From Cetorhinus maximus (taxonomy: Eukaryota), in the NCBI RefSeq assembly GCF_964194155.1, contig NC_135882.1, positions 67,022,001-67,086,000 of the forward strand: a DNA stretch of 64,000 bases, in the 5' to 3' direction. The translations under genes were made by a program, and so were the position numbers. Of the stretch, positions 62,821 to 64,000 are shown piece by piece. Position 1 is the first letter of the stretch. Each line of letters starts with the position of its first letter. The notes under the pieces are model-generated. The model saw only the letters and a list, made by a program, of their open reading frames with translations, had not been told where the DNA came from and did no database searches.

Positions 62821-64000
62821 AGGTTTGTGCTGCATTATAAGATAGGAAGAAAAAGACAAAACTAGCTTATTAAGATTTGTTAAAACCGAGTCTGCTCGTT
62901 CTAAAGTTAGCTTAATTTTGGGATACTTGAAGCTATGGAAATTCAGAAACATGGAACATAAACTCTGATCATTTTTGGTGTTCAAATGCTTAAATGTTGT
63001 TGCTAATCACAAGTGTTTGAGCACTGTGGTTTGGGGCAATAGATGACATTGATGTCAGTTACATTACTTGCAATGTTAAATAATGGCTAAATGATTGCTT
63101 TTGAGCACAACTGATGTTAAATGAGTGCAAATGAATTCTGTTGAATGCAAATGATGTCAAAACATGCAGGTGGGGGCAAGGCCCACTGCCAGGTTCTAGG
63201 GGTGTCACTGGAACTGAACACCCATTTATTTTAAGAAGAGGAGTTTGAGATCAGAGGGCCAGAAACATGACTGCCAGCCTAATTTTGGATGTGTTGGGCC
63301 TGCTTATAGTGCAAATGCTAGCTCACATCCACCCATTAACAGAAGCCTTGGAAATCCTGGGAAATGCTCTGCCTCTTTTTCTCTGTAGCACCGGGAAACT
63401 GAACTGAGACTGAAGGAAAGGTATATGAGGGCCATAATGCCATGGAAGCTGGGCTCAAGCTAATAATAGTTTCACAAAGGGATTAGGAATAGAAGGGATA
63501 AAAAAAAGAACAGGGCCGGGGGTGCACGTGTGGCATTGAAAGAGAATCCAATGTCAATATGTATAGATTAGTTTGGGGCAGATAGTAATAGTATTACGAT
63601 AGGGTAGTGCAATGGAAGTAGATGACTGGGGAAAGATGATGAATGTAAAGGAGGAGGTCAAATGATCAATGATATATACACTTTAAAAAAAAAGCACTTG
63701 CAGTTATTTTGTATATTAGTCGGCTAAGCAGAAAGGATTAATGTCACTATTGTAATTAAATTTCATACAACTGCATTGAACATTTGTATATTGATATGTA
63801 CAGTAATTTCTAGAGTCGTATTTTCAACAATGCATCACAAGCTGCCCTAATACTGATTGGCACTAGATGTCCCCACACAACGTTTACAGCAGGATTTCAA
63901 TCTGGGACCTTATACATCATAAACACGAGTCTAGATATTAGGCTCAGCAATGTCACTGTAGTGCCTGCATGAAGATGGTAGACAATGTAATCATATCTAG

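Noticed and set aside
62197-62985. 262-aa Pro/Ser/Leu-rich ORF
   Set aside because: Translation of low-complexity GA/G-rich sequence; no domain or splice support.
42005-64000. SERINC exon 6 (expected ALL...Y...C.ENK.FIS.N..LC)
   Set aside because: No matching frame found by eye. Acceptor-like sites near 49531, 51805 and 63388 give stops or non-SERINC peptides in the required phase, so the exon probably lies beyond the window.

Overview
Repeat-rich vertebrate genomic DNA, most likely from a cartilaginous fish (shark). This assignment is inferred from the repeat set: CR1/L2 LINEs, DeuSINE-type and tRNA-derived SINEs, and Penelope-type palindromic repeats. The only host gene is a SERINC1/3-like serine-incorporator gene on the + strand. 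Coding exons 1-5 are at 9588-9623, 15734-15895, 22182-22372, 22923-23002 and 41867-42004, all with GT-AG introns and consistent phases; exon 6 onward was not found and probably lies beyond the window. The introns and flank hold a full PIF/Harbinger family. It includes one nearly intact 4.4-kb element (42933-47379; TIRs, ATG target duplication, HARBI1-like DDE transposase plus a convergent 3-exon Myb/SANT gene with a probable AT-hook), a second copy at 1-1969, several decayed copies, and about 8 MITEs with unusually variable 3-bp TSDs. Also present are Penelope-type fold-back elements carrying minimal hammerhead-ribozyme motifs (best copy 38710-38750), solo LTRs, Tx1 fragments and multi-layer nested insertions. 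Most ORFs in the supplied track are spurious or transposon debris. Repeat boundaries are approximate unless TIRs or TSDs are quoted.
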